A stretch of 46,125 bases of DNA. Origin: Candidatus Omnitrophus sp. Lineage in GTDB: Bacteria > Omnitrophota > Gorgyraeia > Zapsychrales > Fredricksoniimonadaceae. The notes beneath the pieces are model-generated. The model did not search any database and had not been told where the DNA came from. It saw only the letters and a list, made by a program, of their open reading frames with translations. The position numbers and the translations under genes were made by a program. Shown here piece after piece: positions 19,386-30,900 of the stretch. Every line of letters starts with the position of its first letter. The stretch's first letter is position 1. The stretch spans positions 1 through 46,125 of the forward strand of contig DYQZ01000004.1 of NCBI GenBank assembly GCA_020719005.1, read 5' to 3'.

Positions 19386-19420
19386 GGGGCATGTCACCAC
19401 GTTGACATGCTCCTTTTTAT
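19386..19420 (+). terminator. Rho-independent terminator after csp
   Basis: GGGGCATGTCA / TGACATGCTCC 11-bp stem (one G-U pair) followed by TTTTTAT. Confidence 0.8.
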
Positions 19421-19459
19421 TTAAACAAGATGACGGACGGTTATAGGGTTTTTGGAAAG

Positions 19460-19569
19460 AGCCATTGGTCGGCACACCCCAATCGCTCAGACAGAAAAAA
19501 CCGTCTTTTCTTTTTGGTTAGGGGTGGACGGTTTTTTAACTCGCGCTTGGGGTATGCCGACCCATGGCT
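19460..19569. other. Long nested inverted repeat (structured RNA or leader candidate) upstream of mntP
   Basis: Outer arms 19460-19482 and 19547-19569 are 21/23 complementary; inner arms AAAAAACCGTC (19495-19505) and GACGGTTTTTT (19527-19537) are perfect. Confidence 0.75.
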
Positions 19570-19599
19570 TATAAAAAGCACAATAGATTGTAAGGTGTT

Positions 19600-20160
19600 A
19601 TGACTATTTTGATGATCCTGTTCACGGCGGTGGGGCTTTCGATGGATGCGTTCGCGGTCGCGGTGGCGGCCGGGGCATCGGGGGTTAAAAGCATGCGTGA
19701 TACGCTGAAGATCGCGGGCGCATTCGGGTTCTTTCAGATGATGATGCCGTTGGCAGGATGGGTGCTGGGGGTGCAGCTAAAATATTTCATCAGAGCTTTC
19801 GATCATTGGGTGGCGTTCTTGCTGTTGGCTTTTATCGGCGGGAAGATGGTGCATGAAGCGTTCTCGTCCGAGGAGAAGTGCGAACGTGAAGAAGGCGTGA
19901 TGACGAACAAACGGCTTTTGCTTTTAGCGGTGGCGACGTCCATTGATGCACTGGCCGTCGGGGTAAGTCTTGTTATGCTTGAACAGCCAGTGCTGTTGGC
20001 TGCAGGGATCATTGGTGTAGTTACCTTTATTCTTTCTTTGGCCGGTGTTTTTATCGGCCGGTTCTGCTGTTGTGTATGGGGTAAGCGTGCGGAGTTCGCG
20101 GGCGGTGTTATCCTTATCCTTATCGGTATCAAGATCCTTTTGGATCATCTCAAAGGTTAG
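19600..20160 (+). CDS. mntP: Manganese efflux pump MntP
   Basis: GLSMDAFAVA, FGFFQ.MMP, DHWVAF.LL..IGGKM, ATSIDALAVG and AEFAGG.ILI.IG. Confidence 0.95.
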   Translation: MTILMILFTAVGLSMDAFAVAVAAGASGVKSMRDTLKIAGAFGFFQMMMPLAGWVLGVQLKYFIRAFDHWVAFLLLAFIGGKMVHEAFSSEEKCEREEGVMTNKRLLLLAVATSIDALAVGVSLVMLEQPVLLAAGIIGVVTFILSLAGVFIGRFCCCVWGKRAEFAGGVILILIGIKILLDHLKG

Positions 20161-20861
20161 ATCTTTCCTTCCAGATATTTTTTGTAGAGTGGGCGTGGGA
20201 ATCTTTCGATGGCGTAGCGTAGGAGCGTGCGCGGCATTTGTTGATAGCGCGGCGTAAGATAATCCTTCAGTGCCCGCAGGTCTTTTTTCCCAGCTTCTCT
20301 CAACATCCAGCCAACAGCTTTGTGAATAAGATCTTCATCGTCGGAAAGAAGCATGTCGGCGATACGGAAAGTATCGTGGATGTCGCCTGTGCGGATAAAA
20401 GCAAAAGTGCTGACGATGGCGATACGGCGTTCCCACATATTTGTTGAACGGGCAAGTTGATCGAGCAAAGTGCGGGGTTTATCTTTCAAATGATCCCCGA
20501 GCAGTTTGTGGGCTGAAAGATCGACCAGGTCCCAGTTATTGATGCTGCCTGTGTGTTTCAGATAGAGCGCAATGATCTTTTCTTTTTCCGTTGTTGTGCC
20601 GCACGTGTATTGTTCGATCAGGATAAAAAGGGCAAGGAGCCGTTCTTCATGGATGGGGGATGTTAGAAGGGATGTAACTTCTTTCTTATCAAGAGTATGG
20701 AATGTATGGGCAATGCTACGGATCTCAGGTACTTTTACGCCGATAAAGACATCGCCTTCACCATATTCGCCCGGTCCTGTTTTAAAGAAAGAGGAGAGGA
20801 TACGTGCTTTTTCTGTGCTTGCACAAGCGTGCAGGTGTTTTCGGGCTAGAGACGCTGACAT
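20157..20861 (-). CDS. DNA alkylation repair protein (AlkD-like)
   Basis: FFKTGPGEYGEGD.FIGV.VP, HEERL, INNWDLVD, WERR, DLIHKAVGWMLRE and PRTLLRYAIE. Confidence 0.92.
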   Translation of the reverse strand: MSASLARKHLHACASTEKARILSSFFKTGPGEYGEGDVFIGVKVPEIRSIAHTFHTLDKKEVTSLLTSPIHEERLLALFILIEQYTCGTTTEKEKIIALYLKHTGSINNWDLVDLSAHKLLGDHLKDKPRTLLDQLARSTNMWERRIAIVSTFAFIRTGDIHDTFRIADMLLSDDEDLIHKAVGWMLREAGKKDLRALKDYLTPRYQQMPRTLLRYAIERFPRPLYKKYLEGKI

Positions 20862-20912
20862 GGTGATGCCTTTTAATTAACTCTATTAACTAGTTTATAT
20901 TATAATTTAAAG

Positions 20913-20941
20913 TTGCCATCTTTAACCTCTAGGGGTATCAT
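20913..20941 (+). promoter_or_regulatory. Possible sigma70 promoter for the giant-protein operon
   Basis: TTGCCA (20913-20918), 17 bp, TATCAT (20936-20941) in an AT-rich divergent intergenic region. Confidence 0.45.
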
Positions 20942-21006
20942 AACATAAGTTCATTCTTTAAAAAATCCTCTACTTAACTCCTTGTTAATATCGACGGGAA
21001 AAATGC

Positions 21007-21933
21007 ATGAAAAAGACATTGTTTTTAGTATGCTGCCTTGTGTATGGATGTGTCCTTTTTGTTACCTCCCTTTTTGCCCAGCAAAGTGCTGAGATCATCA
21101 ATATCAATTATAAATATAAGATCGCTTTTGCGGACCTGACCGAGAAAGATGTAAAACCCGGGGATATGGTCACTGTTGGTACATCTAATGGCGAGCAGGT
21201 TTATCTGAAAGTGGTCGAGGCGTATCCGGTCATGGTAAAGCTTATGATCGCGGATGAGCCTGAATATAAACTGACGGAGGAAACGTTCAGTCATATTGTT
21301 GTTGGCGGAAGCGTTGTTGTTGGTAACGCGGGAAAAAAAAGAATGGCAGCGCCTGTTGTGAGCATGCCTTCTGTTAAGGCTGAAGAAAAGACGGTTGATG
21401 AAGATATCGCTCATGTGGAAAGTTATTCACCTTCTTCTCTGCGTGAGACAAAGCCTGTGGAGAGGCCGCTCAAGAATGCCCCGCTTGTGGTGCCGGTGTC
21501 TGTTCCCGTCAAGGAAACGGTTGAAGCTCCTCTTGTTATGGTGCCCGCGGTTGCTGTTTCAAATGATGCTGACGTGTGTAAAAGTCGGTTGGCGACGGTG
21601 GAGAAACGGCTTGATCAGGTCATGAACAACAATGTGTCGTTGTCGGAAAATGTGACCATGCTTTTGGCAGACAAGAATGCGGTTGAGGAAAAAGTGCGGG
21701 TGAAAGAGGCTGAGGCGGTTGTCTTGAAGCAAAAACTCGATGAGGCTCTTCCTGCCCGTAGTGCACTTGAAGGGCAATTAAAAAGCGTCCAGGCGGACCT
21801 TGTGAATGCACGTTCACAAAAAGAGAGCGCGGATAAAGAGATCCAGTCCCTGAACATCAAACTTGTCGAACTTAAGAAAAAACTTGCTCGCATGGTCGAG
21901 ATCATCAACAACAATGTGAAAGTCTATGAATAA
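21007..21933 (+). CDS. Secreted hypothetical protein: N-terminal beta domain, Pro/Val-rich linker, C-terminal coiled coil
   Basis: Signal peptide ending LFA-QQ; heptad pattern over the last ~120 aa; overlaps the next gene by 8 nt. Confidence 0.8.
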   Translation: MKKTLFLVCCLVYGCVLFVTSLFAQQSAEIININYKYKIAFADLTEKDVKPGDMVTVGTSNGEQVYLKVVEAYPVMVKLMIADEPEYKLTEETFSHIVVGGSVVVGNAGKKRMAAPVVSMPSVKAEEKTVDEDIAHVESYSPSSLRETKPVERPLKNAPLVVPVSVPVKETVEAPLVMVPAVAVSNDADVCKSRLATVEKRLDQVMNNNVSLSENVTMLLADKNAVEEKVRVKEAEAVVLKQKLDEALPARSALEGQLKSVQADLVNARSQKESADKEIQSLNIKLVELKKKLARMVEIINNNVKVYE

Positions 21934-24900
21934 AAAATCCATTCTTCCCGGTATTCTTGCAGTTGTTTTTCTGTCATCGAATCTTATGCCGTACGGCGTG
22001 CATGCGGCGCCTCTTGATATGGTGGCGCAGGACGAGCTTTTCTTTGCCCAACAGGAACTGAAGCAGGCAAAGGACAAATTGCTTGCTAAAGAGGCGGAGC
22101 TTTCAAAACTCGTCATGGAAAAAGAAGTGGCGAAAATGAATGCTGAGACAGCGTCTCGAGAAAAGGAACTGCTTCAGGCCAAGATCGACGGCTTGCAAAA
22201 GAATATCGTTGAACGGGACCAGTCTTTGCCTAAACAGATCGAACAATCCATCGGGCCTTTGCAGAGCAGGGCGGATGAATTGAGCCAGGAATTGAAAGTG
22301 TTGCAGTTCTCCCTTGAGCAAAAGAATATCAGGCTTGCTGAAGTGGAAGCTCAAAAGCAGGGCATCGAACTTCAGATGAGAAAGACTGATGATGAGAAAC
22401 TTTTGTTGCGTGATTCGTTAAGAAGGGTCGGCGATGAACTCGACAAGCTTAAGACCAACCTTGCGAAGCGTGTTCAGGAAGAAACAGCTGTTCAGCAGGC
22501 AAAGATCGTTGAACTTGAAAGTAAGGCGTCGGCTCAAAAGACCCTAACGGATGAGAAGATCAAGCAGGCGTCGGTAGTGCTTGAGGACAAGGTCCGCAGT
22601 CTGGATCTGCAACTTAAATCAAAGGATGATGAAGCAAATGCCAAAGTAGCGGCGATCAAAGAGCAATTAGATCAAAAAATAAAGAATTTGGAAGCGGCGT
22701 TGTTGAGTGCAAAGAATGAGACGGCAGGTGCTCTTAAGAATGCGGAAGGCCTTTCCAAAGCAACGATCGAAACATTACGCCAGGAATTAGGCGCCAGGGA
22801 GGCAGATGCCCAGCGTCGCGTTGCTGAGGCTAAGGTGCCGTATGAGGAAAAGATCAAACAGCTGACCTCAAATATTGCGACGGTTAAAGAAGCGGCCCTT
22901 AAAGATGTGCAGGTGATCAAGGGTAAGTATGAGGAAAAAGTGACGGCTCTTCAGGCTGAAATGGGTAAGGCTAAGACAGACGCTGATGTTAAGGTCAAGG
23001 CGGTCAGGGAAGAGTTACAGAAAAAGATCGATGAACTCAACAATAAGATTGAACAGGATAAGACGGACGCCGCGGGTAAATTAGGCGCACAGCGTTTGGA
23101 TTATGATGGAAAATTGGCCCTTGTTAAACAGGAGACGCTCAAAGTCCAGCAGGAATTGTCTTCACGTGAGGGGATGATCGCGTCGTTGAAGCAGGAGAGG
23201 GATGCTCTTTTACTCAAGGGTGAGGATGCAAAAAAGAGCGAGGCTGTGCTTACTGCGAAGATCAGCGGGTTGCAGGATGAAATGGCGGCGCTTAAGAAGA
23301 ATGCCGAACTTCAGGTGCAGGTGGCAAAGAATGATTCAGCGTTGATCGTCGAGAAAATGAAGACAGACGCGCAGTTGGCTCAGGAGAAGATCAAGGCCGA
23401 GGCTGATAAAGCGTTGGCTAATGCGGATGGCAGGGTGGCTAAGATACAAGAAGAGCTCAACGCCTTGCGTATCGTATTGAAAGATAAGGAGACGCAGGCT
23501 CAAGTGGCTGAGAAAGAGCGTGACGCTCTTAGTGCAAAGCTGGCAACGGCGCTCTCTTCAGGTGATGCGCTCCGTAAGAACATGGAAATGGTGCAGGCTG
23601 AATTAAAAACGTTCCAGCAGTCATTGCCTCAAAAGCTTGAGGAAGGAAAAGCTCCTCTGGCAGCTGAGATAGGAATGCTGAAAGCAAAGATCACCGCTCT
23701 TGATGTTGCGGCGCGTGATGCTGATGCCAAAGCACGTTTGGATATTGAGAAGGCGGAAGCCCGGACGGCGGTCGAGGTTGCTAGGATCAAAGAGGAATCG
23801 GCTAAGGCGCTGGCTGTTGTCAAAGACGATGCCTCAAAAGCGTTAGCGTTAGCAAAAAATGATACGGTCGTGGGAGTGAAGGCGGCGAAAGAGGAGGCTG
23901 CTGCGGCTGTGGTCCTTGTCAGGAACGAGAGTGCTGGGGAAATCGCCAGGATCAAGGCGGAAGCTTCACAAATGAAAGATGCGTCTGGCGAAGAGATCCG
24001 TCTTTTAAAAGCCAAGATCGCGGAAGTGCAATCTTCTTTGCCGCGGCTTGTTGAGTTAGAGAAAACACCGTTGCAGGAAAAGATCCGGGTTCTTGAGACG
24101 GAATTACAACAGGCATTGATCGTCGCAGAAAAGACGTCAGGAGAGATAAAGTCAGGGTATGAAACAAAATTGACCGGGTTAAAAAATACCCTTGATCAGC
24201 AAAAAGTGACGTTTGAAGAACAGCTAAGGGCTGTGAAGACGCCTCTTGAGGCAGAGGTGCGTTCTTTACAGCAAAAGCTTGCGGAGATGGATGGGACGCT
24301 AAAGGTGAAAGAAGAAAAGATCGCGGCATTATCGTCTGACCGTGAGGCGCTTTTGAAAGAAAAAGAAAAGACTGCTCTTTCTTTTGCGGGTGAAAAGAAT
24401 GCATTGATGTCGGCGAAAGCAGACCTTGAAGGCTTGATCAAGGCGGCTCAGGATGAGGGTAAACAAAGCGCGCTACGTTTGAAGGAATTGTCTGATCGCA
24501 AGGCCTTTTTGGATGAGGCATTGGCTAAGGCATCGGCAGAACGTGTGAGGTTGACGACGTCGCTTGAGACTGTTCAACAGGAATTGAAGGTGGCTCGGGA
24601 GAGTGTCCCCCTCGAGGTCGCGAAGGCGGCGGATCCGTTAAAGGGAAAAATTGCGGATATTGAGGCAAAGGCAAAAGAAGAAGCGGCGCGGATGCAGATG
24701 AGCATAAGTGATCTTGCAGCGAAAATGAAGGCAATGACCACTGAGCGTGATGCTCTTTTGAAAGAAAAAGAAAAGCTGGTGGTCTTACGCGCGAATATCG
24801 AAGAGGAGCTTAAGACATTAAAGGAGACTGCGACGAAAGAGGTTGAGGCATTGCCACTAAAACTTGCTGAAGCCAGGAAACCGTTGGAAGAAAAGATCGG

Positions 24901-27900
24901 CGCACTTTCACTTAAGACGGTCTCATTGGAGGCGGCTTTAAAAGATAAAGATGCGGCACTGTTGGTCTTGAGCAAAGAACGTGAAGCGTTGACCTGGCAA
25001 CGTGCGACGCTACAGAGCGAGAAAGAAAAGCTTTCACTTGAGGCGGAGCGCAATGTTCAGACATTAAAAATGAAGCTTGATGATCTTCAGGAAGAGGGTG
25101 TTGCAAAGGCTCAGGCGGCGAAGGTTCAATTGGCATCTGTTCAGGAAGATGGCTTGAGGAAGGTAAAGGCGTCGGAAGAGGCGCTGTCCCTCCAGCAGAA
25201 GAATGCTGATGAGCAAATGAGAAAAGTGCAGGCGTCTTTGGATGCGTCGAATGCGCAGTTGAAAAAAGTGCAGGCATCGCTTGAGGCGTCTAACATTGCA
25301 TTGAAAGAAAAACAGGATTCTCTCACCGTGTTGACCGGGGAGCGTAATGTTTTGTCCGCAGAGAAAGTCAAAGCCGTTGAGTTGAAGGCATCGACGGAAG
25401 AGGCGTTAAAGAACGTGAAAGCGGAATTGGCCAAAGAGAATGCATCACTGCCGGAGAAGTTGGCACAAGTTAAAAGACCTCTTGAGGCAGAATTGGCAAA
25501 GGTGAAGGCAGAGTGGATGTCGTTGAATGAAGGGTTGAAGAATAAAGAGGCTCAGTTCAATGTTTTATCCAAAGAGCACGCGGATCTGTTGAATGAAAAA
25601 GAAAAACTTGTTGTTTCAAAAGGTGAACTGGAAGCGGCGCTCAAAGATGTAAAAGGATCTTTAATGGCAGCGGTGGCAGAGATGCCGGGGAAGATCGCGG
25701 AAGCAAAGAAGCCGTTGGAATCAAAGGCTGCCGGGCTTGAACAGGAATTGAGAAAGGTTTCAGCTCAGTTAACGTCAGCGAACGACAAGATCCAGACGCT
25801 GTTATCTCAGCAGACCAAGGTTATGCAGGAGAATGCTGCTCTTCTTGAAGCGCGTAATACGGCTGTGGCGCGTGTGGCGCAGTTAACGATTGATCAAAAA
25901 GACCAGGCTGAGGCATTGCCGGTCAAATTGGCTGAAACCAAACGACCGCTGGAAGAAAAGATACAGGACCTTGAAGAGACGGTGGCTACATCGCAAAAGA
26001 CCATTGCTGAGAAAGAGAACGCGATAAGCGCATTGGATAAAGAAAAAGCTCAGCTTATGAAGGATAAGGATTCTTTGGGTGCGGCTGTGCGAGGGGCGAA
26101 TGAAAAGATAGCGTTGTTGCAGGCTGATATCGCGCGCGCGCGTCAGGACATTGATAGCAAGAAGGCGGAAAATGCGGCGCTGTTAAAGGAACGCGACGGG
26201 CTGGAAAATGAGAAAGCCGCGACGCTGAAAGAGACAGCGGCATTTAAGAAAGAGTTTTTGGCGTTGCAGGGGCGTGCTGAAAAGATAGCGCAGGCATTTG
26301 AAGAGAAAGAAAAGGCCCTTGGCGCGACGATCAAAGAGAGAGATGGGCTTTTAAAAGATAAAGTATCTTTGGAGGCGTTACGTTCATCACTTGAAGGTCA
26401 GCTTAAGGAATCACGGGAGAAATTTGCTTCTGAAGCAGATGCTCTTCCTGAGAAATTATTAAAAGCCCAGGAACCGATCGCTTTGCAGGTTAAAGAGGCT
26501 GAGGCAAAATACACGACGGCAAGTGAAGCGTTGAAGAATAAGTCGGACGAAGCTAAGAGCCTTCAGATAAGGCTTGAAGAGATGACCAAGAAAGCGGCGA
26601 GCCTTGATAATGAACGTGCCAAATTGACGCAGGCATTGTCGGCGCTGCAGCAGGAAAAGGAAACATTGAATGCATCGATCCCGGGGCGGGTCGCGAGCGT
26701 TGAGGTGCCGCTGAAAGAAAAAGTGGAAGCGTTGCAGAAACAGCTTTCTGACATGAACAGTGCCTATAAGTCTTCTGAGACGGAAAAAGGGCGTATCTTG
26801 ACCCAGCTGGGGGCGGTCATGAAAGAGCGCGATACGTTGAACGTTGCTGTGGCTGATCTAAGCGGGCAGTTAACACAATTTAAAGGCCAGCTTGTTGAAA
26901 CACGCGAGGCCTTAAAGACAAATGAAACGCTCCTTCCGGAGAAACTTGCCTCGGCGCAGGCGGAAGCGTTAAGACCTGTCACGGATGAACTCGCGGGGGT
27001 GAAGGCCAAGTTGACGGATGTTTCAGCCCAGCTCGTGGTTAAGGCAAAAACTGTGGAAGATCTTTCAGCTGAGCGCGAGGCGCTTAAGAAACAGATCGAA
27101 GGCGTGAACGCAAGATACGGCAAGCTGGAAATGCTTCTTAAGACGCGCATGGATGAGATGCAAAAGGTGATCGGCGAAAAAGATGCCGCATTGACTAAGT
27201 TGAAAGAAGATTCTCAGGCGCGTTGGGAAAGTCGTGAGGTCGAGGTCGCAGGAGTTGCAAAGGCTAAGGATGCGTTGTTGAAAGAAAAAGAGCAGGCCTT
27301 GTCGGTCTTGGGGAAAGAGGCACAGGCGCTTAAGACGCAGTTGGATCAGGTCATTAAAGAAAAAGAAAACGCGGTTGTTGATATCCAACAGTTGAGCAGT
27401 GATAAAGCTGCGCTTGAAAAGAGTATTCCGCTCAAGGTGTCTGAGGCTCTGCGCCCTCTTGAGGCAAAAACAGCACAGATCGTCGCTGAACTTGATAAGA
27501 ATGCGGCGCTATTGGCGTCAAAAGAAAAAGAACTTTCAGCGTTGAACGGTGCGCAGGCGGCACTTCAAAAAGAATTTAAAGGGGCTCAAGAAGAGATAGC
27601 AGGGCTTTCTTTGTCATTGACGCGCGCAGGAGAAACAGCGTCAGTGACGGGTGCAAGACTTCAGGATGCTAAGAAAGAATTGAATGATCTTACGAAAGAA
27701 AAGGATGCGTTAGTAAAGAATATTGGGCAGTTGTTGGATGAGAAGAAAGGCTTGGAAGAGGCTTTAATGGCGTCGAGAAGAGAGGCGGAAAGTCTTCAGG
27801 CATCGATCCCGGAACGTCTTTCGCAGGTACAGACACCGCTCAACGTTAAATTGAGTGCGCTAGAGAAAACAACCCTTGAAAAGGACCAGGTGATCAAAGG

Positions 27901-30900
27901 GTTGGAGGCTGATCTTTCTGCGGTTGGCCAGGAATTGGCGCTTGTTAAGAAAGAATATGCGACGCTGACGGCGGAGAAAATGAAAGCGGATGCGGGAAAT
28001 CAAACGTTGGCCAAAGAACTGCAGGCGCTTAAGGGATCCATACCACAGCAGTTGGCTTCCGTCGAGAAGCCGTTGACAGTGAAGATCGCGGATGCAGAAG
28101 AGCGCGCACGCGGGATGCAGGAGATGTTGTCCCGGAAAGAGGCACTGATCAAAGATGCCGGGGCGCGGCAGGCGGCACTCTTGAAGGAAATGAATGAAGT
28201 TAAACAAGCAAAGAGTGATCTTGAGGTGTTGTTGGCGAAAGAAAGGACGGATCATGAGGCATTTGTCGCCGGTGTGCCGCAACAACTGTTGTCTGTTGAG
28301 ACGCCGCTTAAGAATGAAGTCATGCTTTTGCAGAAGAAGCTCGCAGACAATGCGTCCTTGATACATCAAAAAGAAGAAGTGTATGCCCGGCTTACAACAG
28401 AGCGGGATGGTCTTCTTAAAGATAAGAATGCGGCAGTGGAAGAAGTCAAACGTTTGTCGTTGTTGGTTGATCGTTCCAGGGAAGAGCAGAGTGCGATATC
28501 GACGGCGCTTGTGAATGCACAAAAGGCGCTCAATGATGAAAAGACTGCATTGCCTTTGCGTCTTTCGCAATTGAAAGCACAGACAGAAGCGCCATTGAAT
28601 GCCAGGCTTGCTGAATTGGATTCAACAGAAAAGGCGTTAAATGCGGCATTAAGTGAGAAGCAAAAGAATATTGTTCAGTTGTTGAGTGAGAAAGATCGTT
28701 TGTCGGCACAGTTAAAAGAAGAACAGGGTCGCGCGGCGCAGTTGAGCGGTGCGTTGGATGTCTCCAGAGCAGAAGCATCGCGTCTTAAAGAGGCTTTGCC
28801 TAAAGAGATCGAAGAAGCGCGTAGTAAAGCGCGTGATGAAGCGACACGTCCGCTTCAGGCAGAGGTGGCCCGTCTTAATACGTCACTGGTCGATCAGAAG
28901 AAGACCTTGGACCTTACGAATGAGCAGTTGAGGATCAAGGCTGAGAATGAAAAAACCGCGCTTCAGGCCCGTATCAGTGATGCGGAAAAGAGCATTCAGA
29001 CCAAAGATGAGGCCTTAAAAGCATTGGCTGTATCAAAGGACAAACTTGATGTGCAGCTTAAGGAAGCGCTGGCACAGCGTCAGCGTCAAGAAGAGGCGGC
29101 GCTGAAGGCTCAAGCACTGTTCACTGAAAGATTAAAGGCTGCTGAAACGGCTCTTGTTGAGGTCCAGAAGAAAGCAGAACTTCAACTTGGTCAGGCTCAG
29201 GAATCCGGTCGTGCTGAATTGACGAATGTGAAGGCGGCCGCGCAAAATGCACAGGCGTCTTTGTCAGGAAAGGTCACGGAACTTAGCGAGAAGATAAAGG
29301 AACAGAATAGCGTTATCAAAGAGAGAGAAGACCGGTTAACGGCACTTGATCGTCAGAGAACGGGTCTGCAGCAAGAACTAAAAACATCTCAAGACCGCGT
29401 TATTTCTCTTGAGGCGGATCTTAAGTCCGTCGGGGAGAAGCTTTCTTCTGCTGAAAAGAGTATCCCACAGCGTCTTTCCGCGCTGCGTGTTGAAGTGGCG
29501 CAGCCGTTAGAGGCAGAGATGGCCGCGTTAAAAGCAAAGACAGCTGGCGATCTGACGGCGCTTCAGGTTAAAGCGGGCGAGGATGTTAAACGCGCACAGG
29601 CACAAACAGCAGAAGTGAAAGCCTCTCTTGAGAAAGCATTGGCAGATGCCGGAGCGCGCGTGTCAGCGCTTGATCAGCAGGTTTCTGACAGGCAGGCGCA
29701 GGTCGTTCTTTTGACCAAAGAGAAAGAAGAAGTAACGCGTTCATTGGCGGGCGAACGCGCAGGTTATGCCAAACTGACAAAAGAGCATCAGGATCTCATC
29801 GAGAAAATGAAGATCGTCGAGGCCAGCGTGCCTCAAAAGATCGAGCAGTCGGTCATGGCGTCTGTTGCGGCGGCGCGTGAGCCGTTACAGAATAAGATCG
29901 CTGAATTAGAGAAGAGAACGTCTGCGATGTCAGATGCGATCGGCCAGAAAGATGTGGAATTGTCCCGTCGTGCCGAAGCATTGGCGAAGTTGGTCAAAGA
30001 ACGTGATCTGACGTCAAATGAATTGAACAGTGTTAAGGCCGAAAAGGGAAAGATCCTCGCGGATCTCATGCGCACTGAGGCGGATCTTAAGGCGACCGCC
30101 AGTGCTCTTCCAGAAAAGCTGGCAGCGGTCCGCATGGACGCAACGAAACCTCTTGAGGCGGAACTGGCAAAGACAAAACAAAAAGCGGATGAGGATGTGA
30201 AGGCTGCAATGGCTGATGCCCTTTCTAAGGTCAACGACGAGAAAGCTCGCCGTGAGGCGGAGCAGAGAACGCTGCAGGAAAAGATGGGCGTGCTTAATAA
30301 AGAACTCCTAAATGCCCAGAATGCAATGCTTGGCGTGAAGACAAGCCTTGAGGGAATAAGTCAGCAGCGGAATTCTTTGGTGAATGAAGTTGCAGCTCTA
30401 AAGAAGGAAAATACTGTATTGGCCCGGACGCTTGATGAGGTCCGCTCGGAGGGCCTTAAGGAAAAAGAAGCGGGCGGTGTGCGTATCGCGAACTTAGAGG
30501 CGCAGATGAAGGCAAAGACCGACGATCTTATGAAGCAGGTTGAGGAGCGTATTCGTCAGGCCGAGAATAAGGTTGTCGAAATGCGTCAACAGGCTGAAGA
30601 TCGTTTGGCCATGGCAAAGGCGGAAAATCAGCGTGCCGTGGAAACAGTAAGTGCAGAAGCTGTGAAGACCCGTCAGGAAGCTGAAGGGAAATTAGCGCAG
30701 TTCAATAAAGAGGCGGGGCAGAAAGAAAAAGCATTGCAGGATGAACTTTCGGCATTACGTCAGTCGCTCGACGTTCGTGTTAAAGCGCTCTCAGATGAGC
30801 TAAAGACAGGTGAGAATTCTTTTCTTGCAATGAAGCAGGAACGTGATGCGTTGTCGTTGCGTCTGAAAGAAGAACAGGCGGCTTCTTTAAAATTGAATGT

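Noticed and set aside
19381-19599. yybP-ykoY riboswitch or SRP RNA call
   Set aside because: Their conserved motifs were not found by eye; the AAGGGG present belongs to the csp terminator stem.
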